A stretch of 64,000 bases of DNA from the human T2T-CHM13v2.0 reference genome, Homo sapiens (GCF_009914755.1 NC_060928.1); one strand, 5' to 3'; shown: positions 39,225 to 53,451, numbered from the stretch's first letter. A program made the numbers and translations. The notes: generated from the sequence alone by a model not told the origin.

Positions 39225-40962
39225 GCAAATGCTGAGGGAATTTATTACCACAGACCTGCCTTACAAGAGCTCCTGAAGGAAGCACTAAATATAAAAAGGA
39301 AAGACTGTTACTAGCCACTACAACAAAAAAAAAAACCTTAAGAACACAGACTAGTGATACTATAAAGAAACCACATAATTAAGTCTGCAAAATAACCAGC
39401 CAAAATCATGATTACAGGATCTAAACTACACATATCGTTACTAATCTTACATATAAATGGGCTAAACATCCCAAATAAAAGACATACAGTGGCAAGCTGG
39501 ATATAGAAGCAAGACCCATTGATATGCTGACTTCAAGATACCCAACTTACATGCAGTGCCACACAGAAGCTCAAAATAAAGGGATGGAGGAAAATCTACC
39601 AAACAAATGGAAAACAGAGAAAAGCAGGGGTTGCAATCCTAGTTTCTGACAAAACAGACTTTAAACCAACATCATAAAAGACAAAGAAAGTAATTACTTA
39701 ATGGTAAAAGGTTCAATTCAACAAGATCTAATTACCCTAAATATATATGCACCCAACACAAGAGCACACAGATTCATAAAGCAAGTAATTAGAAACCTTC
39801 AAAGAGACATGGACTCCTACACAATAACAGTGGGAGATATTAACACTCCACTGACAATATTACCCAGATCATTGAGACAGAAAATCAACAAAGATATTCA
39901 GGACATGAATGGGATCAAATGGACCTGATAGATATTTATAGACCTCTCCACCCAAATACAACAGAATATTCATTCTTCCTATTGTCACATGGCACATACT
40001 CTAAAATTGATCTCTCATACAAAGTAAAACACTCCTCAGCAAATGCAAAATAACTGAAATCATAAGAAACAGTTTATCAGACCAAAGCACAATCAAATTT
40101 GAACTCAAGAGTCAGAAATTCACTCAAAATCATACTCTTAAGTGGAAACGAAATAACCTGCTCCTAAATGGCTTTTGGGTCAATAATGAAATTAAGGCAG
40201 AAATCAAGAAGTTCTTTGAAACCAATAAGAATAAACTTACACATACCAGAATCTCTGGGACACAAGGCAGTGTTGAGAGGAAAATATATATCACTAAATA
40301 CCCACATCAAAATATTAGAAACTCAAGTTAACAACCTAACATCACAACTAAAATAACTAGAGCAACAAGAGCAAACAAACCCCAAACTGAACAGAAGACA
40401 AAAAATAACCAAAAGCAAATCTGATCTGAAGAAGATAGAGACAAAAAAAGAAAATTCAAAAGCACAATCAGTCCAGCAGCTTATTCTTTGAAAACATTAA
40501 TAAAATAATTAGACCATTAGGTAGACTAATAAAGAATAAAATGGAGCAGATTCAAATAAACACAAGCAGAAATGACAAGGGGGATATTATTAACAATACA
40601 GAAATACAAATAACTATCAGATAATATTATGAACACCTCTATGCACATAAACTAGAAAATCTAGAAGAAATGGATAAATGTGTAAACACATACAGCCTCA
40701 CAAGAATGAATCAGGAAGAAATTGAATCCCCGAACAGACTAATAACAAGTTCTGGAATTGAAACAGTAATAAATAGTCTATCAACCAAAAAAAGCCCCGA
40801 ACCAGATGGATTCACAGCTGAACTTTACCAGATGTACAAGGAAGAGCTGGTAGCATTCCTACTGAAACTATTCCAAAGAATTGAGGATGAGGGACTTCAG
40901 CCTAACTCATTCTATGAGGCCAGTATCATCCTGTCATCCTGACACCAAAACCTGGCAGAAGC

Positions 40963-41009
40963 AAAAAAAAAAAAAAAAAAAAAAAGAAAGAAAGAAAGAA
41001 AAAAGAAAA
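40963..41009. repeat. Poly-A/(GAAA)n expansion within L1 ORF2
   Basis: Seen directly. Confidence 0.9.
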
Positions 41010-42671
41010 CTTCAGGCCAATATCCTTGATAAACTCTGATGCAAACATCTTCAACAAAATACTGCAAACCAAATCCAGCAGCACACCAAAAGGTTTTGCA
41101 CCACAATCAAATAGGCTTCATTTCCAGGATGCAAGATTGGTTCAAAACATGCAAACCAGTAAATGTATCACATAAACAAAACTAAATCAAAAACAACATG
41201 ATTATCTCACTAGATGCAGAAAAGGTTTTCAATAAAATTCAACATCCATTTATGTTTAAAACTCTCAATAAACTAGGTGTTGAAGGAACGTACCTCAAAA
41301 TAATAAGATCTATATATGATAAACCCACAGCCAACATCATACTGAGAGGGTAAAATCTGGAAGCGTTCTTCTTGAAAATTGGCACAATACCAGGATGCCC
41401 TCTCTCATCACTCCTATTCCACATAATATTGGAAGTTCTGGCCAGAGCAATCAGGCCAGAGGAAAAGATAAAGCGTATCCAAATTGGAAGAGAGGAAGCC
41501 AAACTATCCTTGTTTGCAAGTGATATGATCTCATATCTAGAAAACCACACAGTCTCGGCCTAAAAGCTTCTTAAGCTGAGAAACAACTTCAGCAGTCTCA
41601 GGATACAAAATCAAGGTACGAAAATTATTAGCATTGCTATACTCCAACAACAGTAAAGCCAAGAGCCAAATCAGAAATGTACTCCCTTTCATAATTGTCA
41701 TACACACACACACACAAAAACCTAGGAATGCAACTAACTAGGGAGGTGAAAGAACTCTACAAGAAGAACTTCAAACCACTGCTCAAAGGAATCAGAAATG
41801 ATACAAACAAACGAAAATCATTCCATGTACATAGATAGGAAGAATCAATATTGTTAAAATAGCCATACTGCCCAAATAATTTATAGATTCAGAAATCTAT
41901 GCCTATTAAATTACCATTGACATGCTTCACAGAACTAGAAAGAAAGTATTTTAAAACTCAAATGGAATCAAAAAGCCCAATTAGGCAAGGTAATCCTAAG
42001 CAGAAAGAACAAAGCTGGAGGCATCACACTACCCAACTTCGAACTGTACTGCAGAGCCGGACAACTCAAGTAGCATGGTACTGGTACAAAAATGAACACA
42101 TACACCAATGGAACAGAATGAAGAATCTGGAAATAAGACCACATACCTACAACCATCTGATCTTCAAAAACCTGACCAAAACAAGCAATGGGGGAAAAGA
42201 TTTCCTATTCAATAAACGGTGCTGGGATAACTAACTAGCCATATGCAGAAGATTGAAACTGGACCCCTTCCTCACACCATATACAAAAATTAACTGAAGA
42301 TGAATTAAAGACTTAAATGTAAAACCCCAAAGTATAAAAACCCTGGAAGAAAACCTAGGCAATACCATTTAGGACATAGGCACAGGCAAAATTTCATGAC
42401 AAAGATGACAAAACCAATTGTAACCAAAGCAAAAATTGACAAATGGATCTAATTAAACTAAACAGCTTCTGGACAGCAAAAGAAACTATCAACAGAATGA
42501 ACAGACCACCTACAGAATGAGAGACAATTTTTTCAAACTATGCATCTAACAAAGGTCTAATATCCAGCATCTATAAGAAACTTAAACAAATTTACAAGTA
42601 AAAACAAACAACCCCATTAAAAAGTGGGCAAAGAACGTGAATTGTCACTTTTCAAAAGAAGACACATAAGC

Positions 42672-42733
42672 ATATATATGTGTGTGTGTGTGTATGTATA
42701 TACATGTATAGATAGATGGATAGATAGATAGAT

Positions 42734-42780
<47 letters not shown>
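42672..42780. repeat. Compound (TA)(TG) plus (GATA)n tetranucleotide STR within L1
   Basis: Seen directly; GATA run ~42709-42780. Confidence 0.97.
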
Positions 42781-45284
42781 CAACCTTACTGATCATTAAG
42801 GAAATTCAAATCAAAACCAGTCAGAATGGCTATTATTAAAAAGTGAAAAAATAACAGATGCTGGCAAGGTTACAGAGAAAAAGACACACTTATGCACTGT
42901 TGGTGGGAGTGCAAATTAATTCAACCACTGTGGAAAAGTGTTGCAATTCCTCAAAGACTTAAAGACAGAAATACCATTCCACCAAACAATCCCATTACTG
43001 GTGTATACTGAAAAAAATATAAATTGTTCTATTTAAAAAAACATATGCATGCATATGTTCATTGCAGCACTATTCGCAATAGCAAAGATATGGAGTCTGC
43101 CTAGATGGTCATCAATGACAGATTGGGTAAAAAAAATGGGGTATGTATACACCATGGAATGCTATCTAGCCGTAAAAAAAGAACAAGATCATGTCCTTTG
43201 CAGGGACATGGATGGAGCTGGAGACCATTACCTTTAGAAAACTAATACATATTGAGAGTTACCCAAATTGAATGCAGGAAACTTATTTCTGTTCTTTTAC
43301 ACTTGTATTTACAAGTGGACTTACTTCTTACTTCAGTACCTATTAAATAGGAGAACTGCCAGAAGAAATACCAACAATGACTGCTCCCAAATGACACCCA
43401 TGAACTGGTGCCTTCAGTAGAAAGGGATCTATGAGAAAGGTATATTAAGGGCATTAATATTATGTTTCTTGTCAGAGGTAAATACTGCATAGTGTTCTTT
43501 GCTCTTGTCAATATCATGCAATTTTGTTCCTATGATGGCTCAATTTTTTTTTACATATAGCGGAAAAAAATTTACACTACTTTTAAAAATTAACACTCAC
43601 ACATTGAACCACATAATTGTAGTCTTCTACTCTAATTCAGGCTCCAAATGTTGATTCAAACCTACAAAACCTGATTTCTTGTATTCTTTGAGGTAGCTAG
43701 AAACCTAAATTTCTCTGTACCTTTTGAAGATAAGATGGAAGAAAATCTGCATGAGAAAATGGTCTGTATAATATCAATGGTCATTTTAACAGTCTCTCAG
43801 GAACTGTTCAAAATCAAATTGATGAAATCAACATTCAGTAAATTAGCTATAATGTTTCCAAAGAAATCAGATGATCCACCTCTAACAAACTTTTGAGACA
43901 GATTCAAATACAGATTCTCCACCCATTTCCTTTGATGCTATGTACAAAGCCATAATTTTTTATATGAAAGGAAATAAGCTATTTATGACAATTTTCTCTA
44001 AATTCTGTCAGTGCATGTTTTCTGTTCTATAGACAAAACTCTCCACAAATTCATTAAGCACTTTTCATTCCAAAAAGGAATAGGCTTTTGCCTGTATTTT
44101 CTATTTGCAGTTTTTAAAGAATTATAAAATTTCATATAGCTTGCAGAATTTTCATAGCATATTAACATATAAAAATTAGCAGAATAATGTTCACTAATTG
44201 GTACATGCTGAAAAGTGCAATATATGCACATGGAATAAAGTTTGATGTATTCTAAATAAGCTGATCATAGCCCTCCACTTCTGTTTTCCTACTATAAATA
44301 TATTTTTATTTCATAGTTTGTGGTATTTTGATAACAAGTAGGCTGTGATTGATTTTTATTCTGATGTAAGTAAAGGACAAGTTGGACCTTTTCTCTAAAT
44401 ATGCAGAGTAAAACAAAACAATACAGACCACTGGCATTAATTCTCTAACTCTGAAGTCATTGTATGAATATTTAAACAAGGCTTAAAATTTAAACCTGAC
44501 ATTAAAGGGAAATAAAACCTACTGAACCTTGTGAAAACAAAACACCTAATTGCATATTTACTTTATTGACTTCTCATTTTTCCCTACCAAAATTCTTTGG
44601 GACACGTGCTAGAAAACAATTCTCTGCAATGATGTAATGACCCACTCTAAAAATATCTGTGGCAGCTTTCCAGCAAGCAGTTCTAAGGTAATAAACTAGT
44701 TAGAATTTATAATTGATGAATATTATTTTCAATTGTAGAAAAGCATTTTCCTAATGTAAGATGACACATATACCTCACCCTTACCCTGTCCTCCTTCCTC
44801 TTCAGTCTATAATGTGAGTCTGTTGTTTCCAAGTCTCCTGTCATTCAAGGAAAGGATAACTTTGGCATTTCTCTTGATTTTCTACTCACTCATTTAGATC
44901 ATTAGCATCACCAGAGTTATGATACTTTCACTATCAAATAAGCCTTATCTATACTATAGCTTACAGTGATGGGTATGGAACTGGCATCAGTGAAAAGTAC
45001 CTGTGTTTTGCTGATTGACTGCTTTGGTAAGAATTAGAATTTATTTCTAAGCTGAGGTTGGAAGATGTTAGATGCATATTAAACCAGAGGAGCCTGGGAA
45101 ATAATCCAATTATTAACACTTATTGGCACTGCCATTAAAAAGCCAATGTCAAAAATCATCTTATTATAACAAAAAACACATAAGAAATTCTATTTCTATT
45201 TTCACAGTAGTGTTGTGATCCTTAATGAGTTGTTTATACAGTACAAAACTTTACTGAAGAAGAAAAATGTATGTGTGAGAATGG

Positions 45285-45654
45285 ACAGTAATGCATTGCT
45301 TAACAAAGACGGTGCACTCTGAGAAATTTGTCGTTAAGCAATTTCCTCATTCTGCAAACATCATCAAATGTACTTACACAAACCTAGATGGTGTAGCCTA
45401 CTAAACACCTAGGTTATATGTTATGCCTACTGTCCATAGGCTACAAACCTTTAAAGCATGTTACTGTAATGAATACTTTAGGCACTTGCATCACAATGGT
45501 ATTTTTGTATCTAAACATATCTAAACATAGACAAGTAAAATATGCTACAAAATATTTTAAAATGGTACGCCTGTATAGGACAACCCCATTCTAATTTTAT
45601 TTGTCTACTGTCTTATATGTGGTCCATATAAGTTATTATGTGGTGCATGACTAT
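45285..45654 (+). mobile_element. Tigger3-family MITE
   Basis: cagtaatgcattgcttaac...ctgagaaat...tgtacttacacaaacctagatggtgtagcctac...ggtgcatgacta. Confidence 0.88.
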
Positions 45655-45876
45655 ATACATGTGCATACACATACACACACACACTTATACGTGATGTTTA
45701 CGAATTAGGAAGAAAACAGCACTAATTTTACCCTGTTGAAAGAATATGTTAAATGTATTTATTGATTTTAAAATAATTTAATAATTTACAAGCATTTGAT
45801 TTTTCTTCTTCAAACCTTCACATTTCTCAAATGTGTTAATACTGAATCAAATTAATGCAGACCGAGTCTAGCTCAA

Positions 45877-46177
45877 TTTTGCTTTTTTGCTTTTTTTTTT
45901 TTTCTTTTTGGAGATGGATTCTCACTCTGTTGCCCAGGCTGCAGTGCCGTGGTGCCGTGGTTCACTGCAGCCTCAACCTCATAGGTTCAAATGATCCTCC
46001 CAAGTTGCTAGGACTACAGGCGCACACCACTATGCCTAGCTAAGTTTTGTATTTTTTGTAGAGATGGGGTTTCGCCATGTTGCCTAGGGTGGTCTTGAAC
46101 TCATGGGTTCAAGTAATCCTCCTGCCTTGGCCTCCCAAAGTGCTAGAATTACAGGTGTAAGCCACTACGCCCAGTCC
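45877..46177 (-). mobile_element. AluJ
   Basis: Poly-T then gagatgg...ttcactgcagcctcaacctc...ttgtagagatggggtttcgccatgttgcc; J-type diagnostics. Confidence 0.92.
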
Positions 46178-46449
46178 CACTTTTTCATTTTGAACACCCT
46201 TAGAAATATTTACAATTCTTTAATAATCTTTGAGGCAAGTTTTGGATAGGTTTCCATTCTCCTATTCCTGCCAATATACACTTAATCATAATCAAATCCC
46301 TGTCACATAAAAATCAAATTACATTAAAATTTTAAAGCCCAATTAACCCCATACTTCCCCCCAGATAACACCATCTCTGTCTTTGTCTTTACTTGCCTAT
46401 AGGACAACTATAATTCCATACAAACAGATACTTAAATACTTACTTAATG

Positions 46450-47290
46450 GTTGCAGACTGAACTAGCTCTCATACCTACAGCCACAGAAAGCTGCTCTGC
46501 CTCCCACGTTCCACATTGCATGGAATGCTGCATTTCAGACCATTTGTTCACTCCTGAAATCTGGGAGGTGGAGTTGACTTCTTCTTCCTTGTGAGCAATT
46601 AACTACCAAAATCTATATATCATCTTTTGTTTATTTCAGATACAGTTTATTATTTCTTTCCTGACTATCAAAGCTTAAGTCATCTGTTGCTCTCTAACTG
46701 GTTTCCCTGGCTCTAGGCTTGTCCCTTCTTCCTAACCTGAGTTTCCCATTTTCAACTCAGCAGCCAGATGACCTTCTTGAAAGTAATTGTTAATGTTTAC
46801 TTGTCATTTCTATATGTCTCATCATTGCCTTTGGGATGAAGTCTAAAATTCCATCCAAATCTACTTTTAATCCATTCTTTCTTCTCTTTGAGCTCTTATC
46901 TCCCTTGATGCCTGCCAATCTCCCCACTCTCAATCCATGCTCCAGTGATACTGAGATTTCAGATCCCTCAAAATTCATTCAGGTTTTATGACTGAAATAT
47001 TTTTTCTCCTACTCCATTTAATCTGAGTCACTTCTAACATTCAGTTAGATTTTAGTTGAAATAACATTTCCATCAATAATTTTTAATCCACACAATTACT
47101 TGCACACTCACTATATTTCTCTCTTAAAAGCATTTGCCGCAGTTCACCTTAATGATACATTTAGTTGTTCATATTCCCCCAGTAGATGATTGTAAATTTA
47201 GTGAAGACGTAAGTGATAATCTTTTATTTATTTACTCGTATATTTTATAACAATGTACAAAGTAATAGCCAATATTTTAAAATGGACAAG
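46450..47290 (+). mobile_element. L2 fragment
   Basis: ctctaactggtttccctg, cagcagccagatgaccttcttgaaa, cattgcctttgggatgaagtctaaaattcc. Confidence 0.65.
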
Positions 47291-48628
47291 TAATTAAATC
47301 AAAAGAAAGTGAAACAACATTGTGCTGGGATATATGTTTATGAAGAGATGTATGTGTGCACCTGAAGGCATAGATACATTTTATGCCTTCTTAGTAGACT
47401 AGTCACAGAAAAGTCAATATTCTATTAATTTGCTCTCCGAAAACTAAAGGAAGAGAAAATCATAAAAATTGAAGCAACAAGTAAAATAGAATAATATGAC
47501 TACACATTGCTGTATTTCCAACATGGCACATTCCATTGTACTATACATGTTCTCAGGTAGAACAATAGAGTGAAAAAAAAGACCAGATCCACAGTCCCAC
47601 TCCTGTGACCATTAGTAGCATATGTTTTTACAGTGGAGAAAAATCTTTCATTTACTCTACTTTTTCCAGTGAAATCTGAAAACTATGTCATTGATCTGGT
47701 AGAAATGACTTTAAAGGTATAAAGGTTTATTTAAATAGCAAGTGTGTTCTGCACTTAAATGATCCATCCTTGTGTGTTTTAATTCAGTAAGGCATATTTA
47801 TTTACCATAAGAGTTCAGCAAATTTGAACCACATGCTCTGACAACAATTTGACTGGATCCAATAATTATGCATCTTTACTTCATTAAATACATAAAATAC
47901 TTTTTGCAACCATTTTAGGGTCATAAAACAATTGTGAAGGCTCTTCTAATAGTGTGAAGATTGGAAAAGAATTTTACTTTAAAATATTGTGATAATTTTA
48001 GGCTTTTTTAAAAGATTTTTTTAAAGTTTCAAAATACATCCACACACACAAAACCCTCACAGGCATACATGCACATCCCCCAGACATACAGACACACATA
48101 TAAATATGTATATTATAATTTGTTTTCATGAGGTTATATTTATGTATAGCAATGAAGATCAAACACTATGGAAAAGTCCAATGGAAGATGACCCATATTC
48201 GGCCATGAAAAATGGTTTATTAGTCGGAATTCAGTAATCAAAATAAAGCCACTAAGAGTACAGGAACAAAAGGGTTTATCGTATTAATAAAAGCTTACAC
48301 AAATGTGGCAAAGTTAGGAAAAGCTTCAAAGTGGAGAGCCAGATTAGAGAAAGGTCATTAACCCTAATAGCTTCAAGCAATGATGTGAGTGGGTGTTTCA
48401 GAGCTCACAGAAAGATCTCAGAAGTTATAAACATCTGGGAGCCTGGCACATCAGCTAAATGTGTTTTTATAGTGAGATCTGATAAGGCAGCCCCCTCTGA
48501 GGAAACTAGTCAAATATTAGATGGTAGGCTTGAGTTGCTATTAGATGGTGGAGTCTGTCATTTGGAAGATTAACTAGAAGCTCTAGCTCTCTGGGTGCAT
48601 CTGCATTTGTCTTTCCCCTGTCTGTCCA

Positions 48629-49197
48629 TGTATTAGGGTTCTCTAGAGGGACAGAATTAATGTGATACATGTATATATGAAAGGGAGTTTATTCAGGAGA
48701 ATTGACTCACACGATCATACAGTGAAATCCCATGACAGGCCGTCTGTAAGTTGAGGACAAGGAAGCCCGTAGTAGTTCATTCCACGTCCCAAAACTTCAA
48801 AAGTAGGGAAGCTGACAGTGCAGACTTTGCTCTGTGGCTGAAGGCCTGAGAGTCCCTGGCAAACCGCTGGTGTAAGTCTAAGAGATCAAAAACCATAGAA
48901 CTTGGAGTCTGATGTTCAAGGGCAGGAAATATTCAGCATGGGAGAAAGATGAAGGCCAGAAGCCTCAGCAAGTCAGCTTCTTCCACCTTCTTCTGCCTGC
49001 TTTTTCTAGCCACACTGGCAGCTGATTGGATGGTGCCCACCTACATGGTGGGTGGGTCTTCCTGAGGGTAGATCTTCCTCTCCCAGTCCACTGACTCAAA
49101 TGTTAATCTCTTCTGGCAACACCCAGAAACACCTAAATACACCCAGAAACAATACTTTGCATCCTTCAACCCAATCAAGTTGACACTTAACCACACA
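48629..49197 (-). mobile_element. MLT2A (HERV-L) solo LTR, TSD gtcYa
   Basis: tgtattagggttctctagagggacagaa...ccagtccactgactcaaatgttaatctc...caatcaagttgacac; gtcca 48624-48628 and gtcta 49198-49202. Confidence 0.93.
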
Positions 49198-49251
49198 GTC
49201 TATCATGACCATCTAAGAGTAATGGCTTCCTGTTAATTTCCACCATTTAAA

Positions 49252-49253
<2 letters not shown>

Positions 49254-49308
<55 letters not shown>
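49254..49308. repeat. Long pure (AT)n microsatellite (~27 units)
   Basis: Seen directly. Confidence 0.98.
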
Positions 49309-49311
<3 letters not shown>

Positions 49312-49639
49312 CTGTTTTCATCAACTCTAACCCAGAACCACATAGGGATGAGGATTTCAGAATAGAGTTTCCAGACCCAGTCTAGTTGTCATAAGTAATT
49401 CAGAACAAATGAATAAGCATCACTAAACCCCTTTCCTAGCCAATAATAATAAAAATAATAAATTTTAAAAGTTAACTGAAAAAAGAAACAAAGCAGTTTT
49501 CATTCTTTATGGAACAGATTTAATTTTGGCATGTGAAGATTATTGTCATTAATATGGGTTATAAGAATTTTCTTAGGTTTATTTCAAATGCCAGTACCAC
49601 TTGCATGAACTATAGAGAATTAACACATTACCATTTTAT

Positions 49640-50160
49640 TTACTTATTCACTAAATTATTTTCTTCATTTTAGAAATATTTAGTAAGTATTCATGTATCA
49701 AACATGTACAGTGGATACAAGTGTGAACACAAAAGCAAAGTTCTGGACATGTGCAAATTATATTCCAGAGGGAAGAGAAAAGTGATAAACAGAAATGTCT
49801 GTTAATTATAGTCATGTAAAAAAGAATAGAACTGGGTAAGTAATTTAAGAATGGAAGAGGCTAATGCATCAGTTATACAGAGTAATAAAAGAAAACCTCT
49901 CAGATATGACATGTGATCAGAGAGCTGAAGAAAATGAGCATGTGAGCTCTAGTACCTGGCAAAATGAGTGCTTCAGGCAAAATGAGCAGCAAGTGTTAAA
50001 ACATTGGAGGCAGGAATGTGTGTATTGTTTCAAAGAAATAAAAGTGCTAGTGTGGCAGACTGCAATGAGAATGAGGGAAATCAGAATGTAATAAAGACTA
50101 AGTGGAACACCAGAGACAGATGTTGCAGGATTGGGAGGCCATGGTTTAGAGTATGCAATG
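49640..50160 (-). mobile_element. L2a fragment
   Basis: aaatatttagtaag, ggatacaagtgtgaaca, gaaaacctctcagat-tgacat-tgatcagaga, ttcaggcaaaatgagcagcaagtg, ggaggcaggaatg. Confidence 0.7.
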
Positions 50161-51429
50161 TTTTAAATAGGGACCAAATGTCGTCAAGGTTTTTATACTA
50201 AAAGCATTAGTGCAGATACTAGATGGGGAATAGAAAGAGACTGGGCTTGCCAAGTATAGCATGAAGGCTGTTAGGAACCATGAAAAGTGGCCCCGTTTCT
50301 GAATAGGCCATGACAAAGTCTATTTGTTTCAGTCTTAGGACTCTGTTTCTCAGAGTTGGATGGATCAAAACATTTCCCATAAAAGCCTAGAATCAGGCAT
50401 TGAACGGTCAAAATTATTTTTTCAAGACTCAAAATCTAGCTTTGTTCAGAGACAACAAATAGTCTAAATAATAAGGCTTTTAAGCTCACTAGCCTATTGG
50501 ATGACATTTGATTTACTTGTTCTATTTGTTTTTGGGACCTGAATGAAAGGATTAAAAATAACATTAAAATAGAATCTAGTTAAGATTTTTATGTCTGTGT
50601 TATTCACCAATAATAGCTTAATGAATATTTCTTCTATTTTAATTAGAATTTTCACTGTGTAACTAGTTCCTGGACCTCATGAAACAATTGTCACTTTCCC
50701 ACTGATACCAATTACCTGAGCTAAAATCTATCTTCTGCCTTGTGGTATTTCAAATATGGTGTAAATGATGAAAATGCAGGCAGCTGAAGTAATTGTCAAT
50801 TCAATTGTAGTTACACTCGGCTGAATTGCATAAATTTATCATCAATTCTAGACCATAGCATTATTTAAATTTAATTTCTGCAGTTTTATGGTTTGCTGGT
50901 ATGTTTAATTGCCCAGAAGTTGGCCAGTAGTATAAATTGAACAGCTGTATTTTTTTGGTTCAGATCACTATATTAACAAAATTATAAGCTTATAAAATAT
51001 ATTGTCAGATTATAGTAATTTAAACTATTATGCGGTTTACATGATTATTTGAAAATTTATTACTTTGAACTTTAAAAAGCAATATATAGCAAGGTGCCCA
51101 CTTAAGCTTAAAAGTAAGCAATGCCTCTTATATTCAGAAAGTGTTGCTGATGAGCTTCATTGAAAGCAACTCATTTAAAAAGTAGACATAGAATTCACTA
51201 ACCACCTACCTCTTTAAGGTTGAAACAGCAGCAGTGTAATCCATCAAGCTCCAAATCCTACTATCATTTATCTGAAAATTAAAATGGTAGATACGAAATA
51301 TAAGTAAAGTAAAAATTGGCATATAGGGATAATATCATATCTAATCATTGCTGCATATCTTAATGTGCTTATTTTTTTAAGATTACAAAATGTACCCTGT
51401 ACAATAAATTATCCATAAAACTATACTGA

Positions 51430-51727
<298 letters not shown>

Positions 51728-51968
51728 TACTGAAGCAAATTTTTAAGCTTTCCTTTGCATATACCAATTCAAAAAGCTCTCATTAAACTCCCAAACATAC
51801 TCCATCCCCAAAGCTCTTGCAAACACATACATACAACACAAACAAGGCAAAGAAAATACAAAGTATATACCATTTACCATTTTCTTAAAAATCTAAATCA
51901 AAGTCAACACCTGATATAAATGACTGTGAAAGAAATTTAACTAAGTTCGTGTATTTAAAATGTCTTCA

Positions 51969-52261
51969 GGCTGGGCACATTGGCTCATGCCTGTAACCCC
52001 AACATGTTGGGAGGTTAAACTGAGAGAATCGATTGAGTCTGGGAGTTTGAAACCAGCCTGGGCAACAGGGTGAGACCCAATCTCTATAAAAAATAATATA
52101 ATTAGCTAGGCATGGTGGTGTACAGCTGTGGTCGTACCTACTCGGGAGCTGAGGTGGGAGGAACCCTTGAGCCCAGGACTTCTAGGTTACAATGATCTAT
52201 GATTGTGCCACTGCACTTCAATCTGAATGACAGTGTGAGAACCTATCTGTTAAACAAAAAA
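51969..52261 (+). mobile_element. AluJ
   Basis: Diverged dimeric Alu with J features (gcctgggcaaca, gaggtgggagga, gagcccagga, ctatgattgtgccactgcac). Confidence 0.92.
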
Positions 52262-52308
52262 GCCTTTGAATTTAGTTAATATTTCAGAAATAGAATAAGG
52301 ATTTCTCA

Positions 52309-52313
52309 CTCTC

Positions 52314-52351
<38 letters not shown>
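52309..52351. repeat. (CT)n(CA)n microsatellite
   Basis: Seen directly. Confidence 0.97.
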
Positions 52352-52370
<19 letters not shown>

Positions 52371-52540
52371 ATTTGTATTTGTACTAACCATGAAATTGCG
52401 CTTTAGTTGTTTTCTAATTTTTAAAAATTCTGTTTGCCCCCAAAAATAAGTGAAATCAAAGGGAAATTACTATGTAGGAATAAGTCTACTTTCAACACAG
52501 GTCACAGCAAAGACTTAATTGTCTTAATATGTAAAGACAA

Positions 52541-52702
52541 TGGTCGTACATATTTTTAGAGTACATGTGGTATTTTGATACCTATATACAATGTGCAATA
52601 ATTAAATCAGGATAATTGGGATATTCGTCACCTCAAACATCTATCTTTTCTTTGTGTTGATAACATTTCAATTCTTATTTTCTAGCTATTTTGAAACATA
52701 TA
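52541..52702 (-). mobile_element. L1MA 3'-end fragment
   Basis: gtacatattt..gagtacatgtg-tattttgatac...aaatcaggataattgggatat...tcacctcaaacat...ttctagctattttgaaa. Confidence 0.8.
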
Positions 52703-53451
52703 AGAAGCACTAGGAGTAAGCAGCATTCGTGGTGATATTCTTTTCTTCCTCTGACCCCACACTCAGTCTCTAGTTTAGCATGATAGTCTCTTAATTCTGC
52801 TTCCAGTTTTCCTGTGTTGGTATATTATCCACATCTCCAGCAGAGGAATTTAATAGATTTTTTTTTAAATCAGGCAAATACACACTACTGAACCAGTCAA
52901 TTCATTATTTCCAATAGTCTCAGTATATGCCAGACATGCAATATTGGAGAACAACACTTTTTTCACCCTCCTGGTAAGGGCCTACTCCGAACCTCGATGT
53001 ATCCTAACATACTCCTCCACATAGATTGGAAGTGGAAAGAGGCTTGCATCATTAGAAAGTCTAGATGAAAACTCTTGGAGTAAGTGAATCTCCCCCATCC
53101 TGTCTCTCCTTTTCTTGAGAGAAGTTGCTCAGAGAGCAGCATAGTCAGATCTACTCGTTGGAAGAGGAACTCCATGAGAGCAAGCACCAACCCATTTGGC
53201 AGTGGCTTGTGTGTAATTAGCTTCATTCTGGGCTTCAGTGTGGGAACACGGTCTCCCTGAAGTTTATATCCATGCATATTGCAATATCATCATTTCCAAT
53301 AGTTTTTGCTGGACCTCTTGCTCTTTTTTATCAATTGATTCAGAGGAAATTTGACTGGGTTCCCCCAAAGAATCAAATGCATAGAATTTCATCTCAAATG
53401 CAGACAGGCATTGTTTTAAAATCTAAAGATAGTTCTCCTTATAATATACAG

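Larger units (their letters stand above)
39225..43249 (+). mobile_element. Old primate L1 (L1PA13-16 range): end of ORF1, all of ORF2 (disrupted) and start of 3'UTR; lacks both ends
   Basis: ORFs 39701 (VKGSIQQ..LNIYAPN..GDINTPL), 40670 ([12 protein letters not shown]), 41372 (GCPLSSLLF), 41899, 43049; no poly-A. Confidence 0.93.
48219..49395 (-). mobile_element. Old ERVL-type LTR (LTR41/LTR52-like) interrupted by MLT2A and (TA)n
   Basis: attagtcggaattcag, gcttacacaaatgtgg, gagtaatggcttcctg, caactctaacccagaaccacatagggatgaggatt. Confidence 0.45.

Noticed and set aside
47364-47390. gaaggcata/tatgccttc 9-bp inverted repeat
   Set aside because: A stem of this length is expected by chance in 64 kb of AT-rich DNA
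52963-53277. 104-aa minus-strand ORF in apparently unique sequence
   Set aside because: No recognisable domain, codon pattern or exon context
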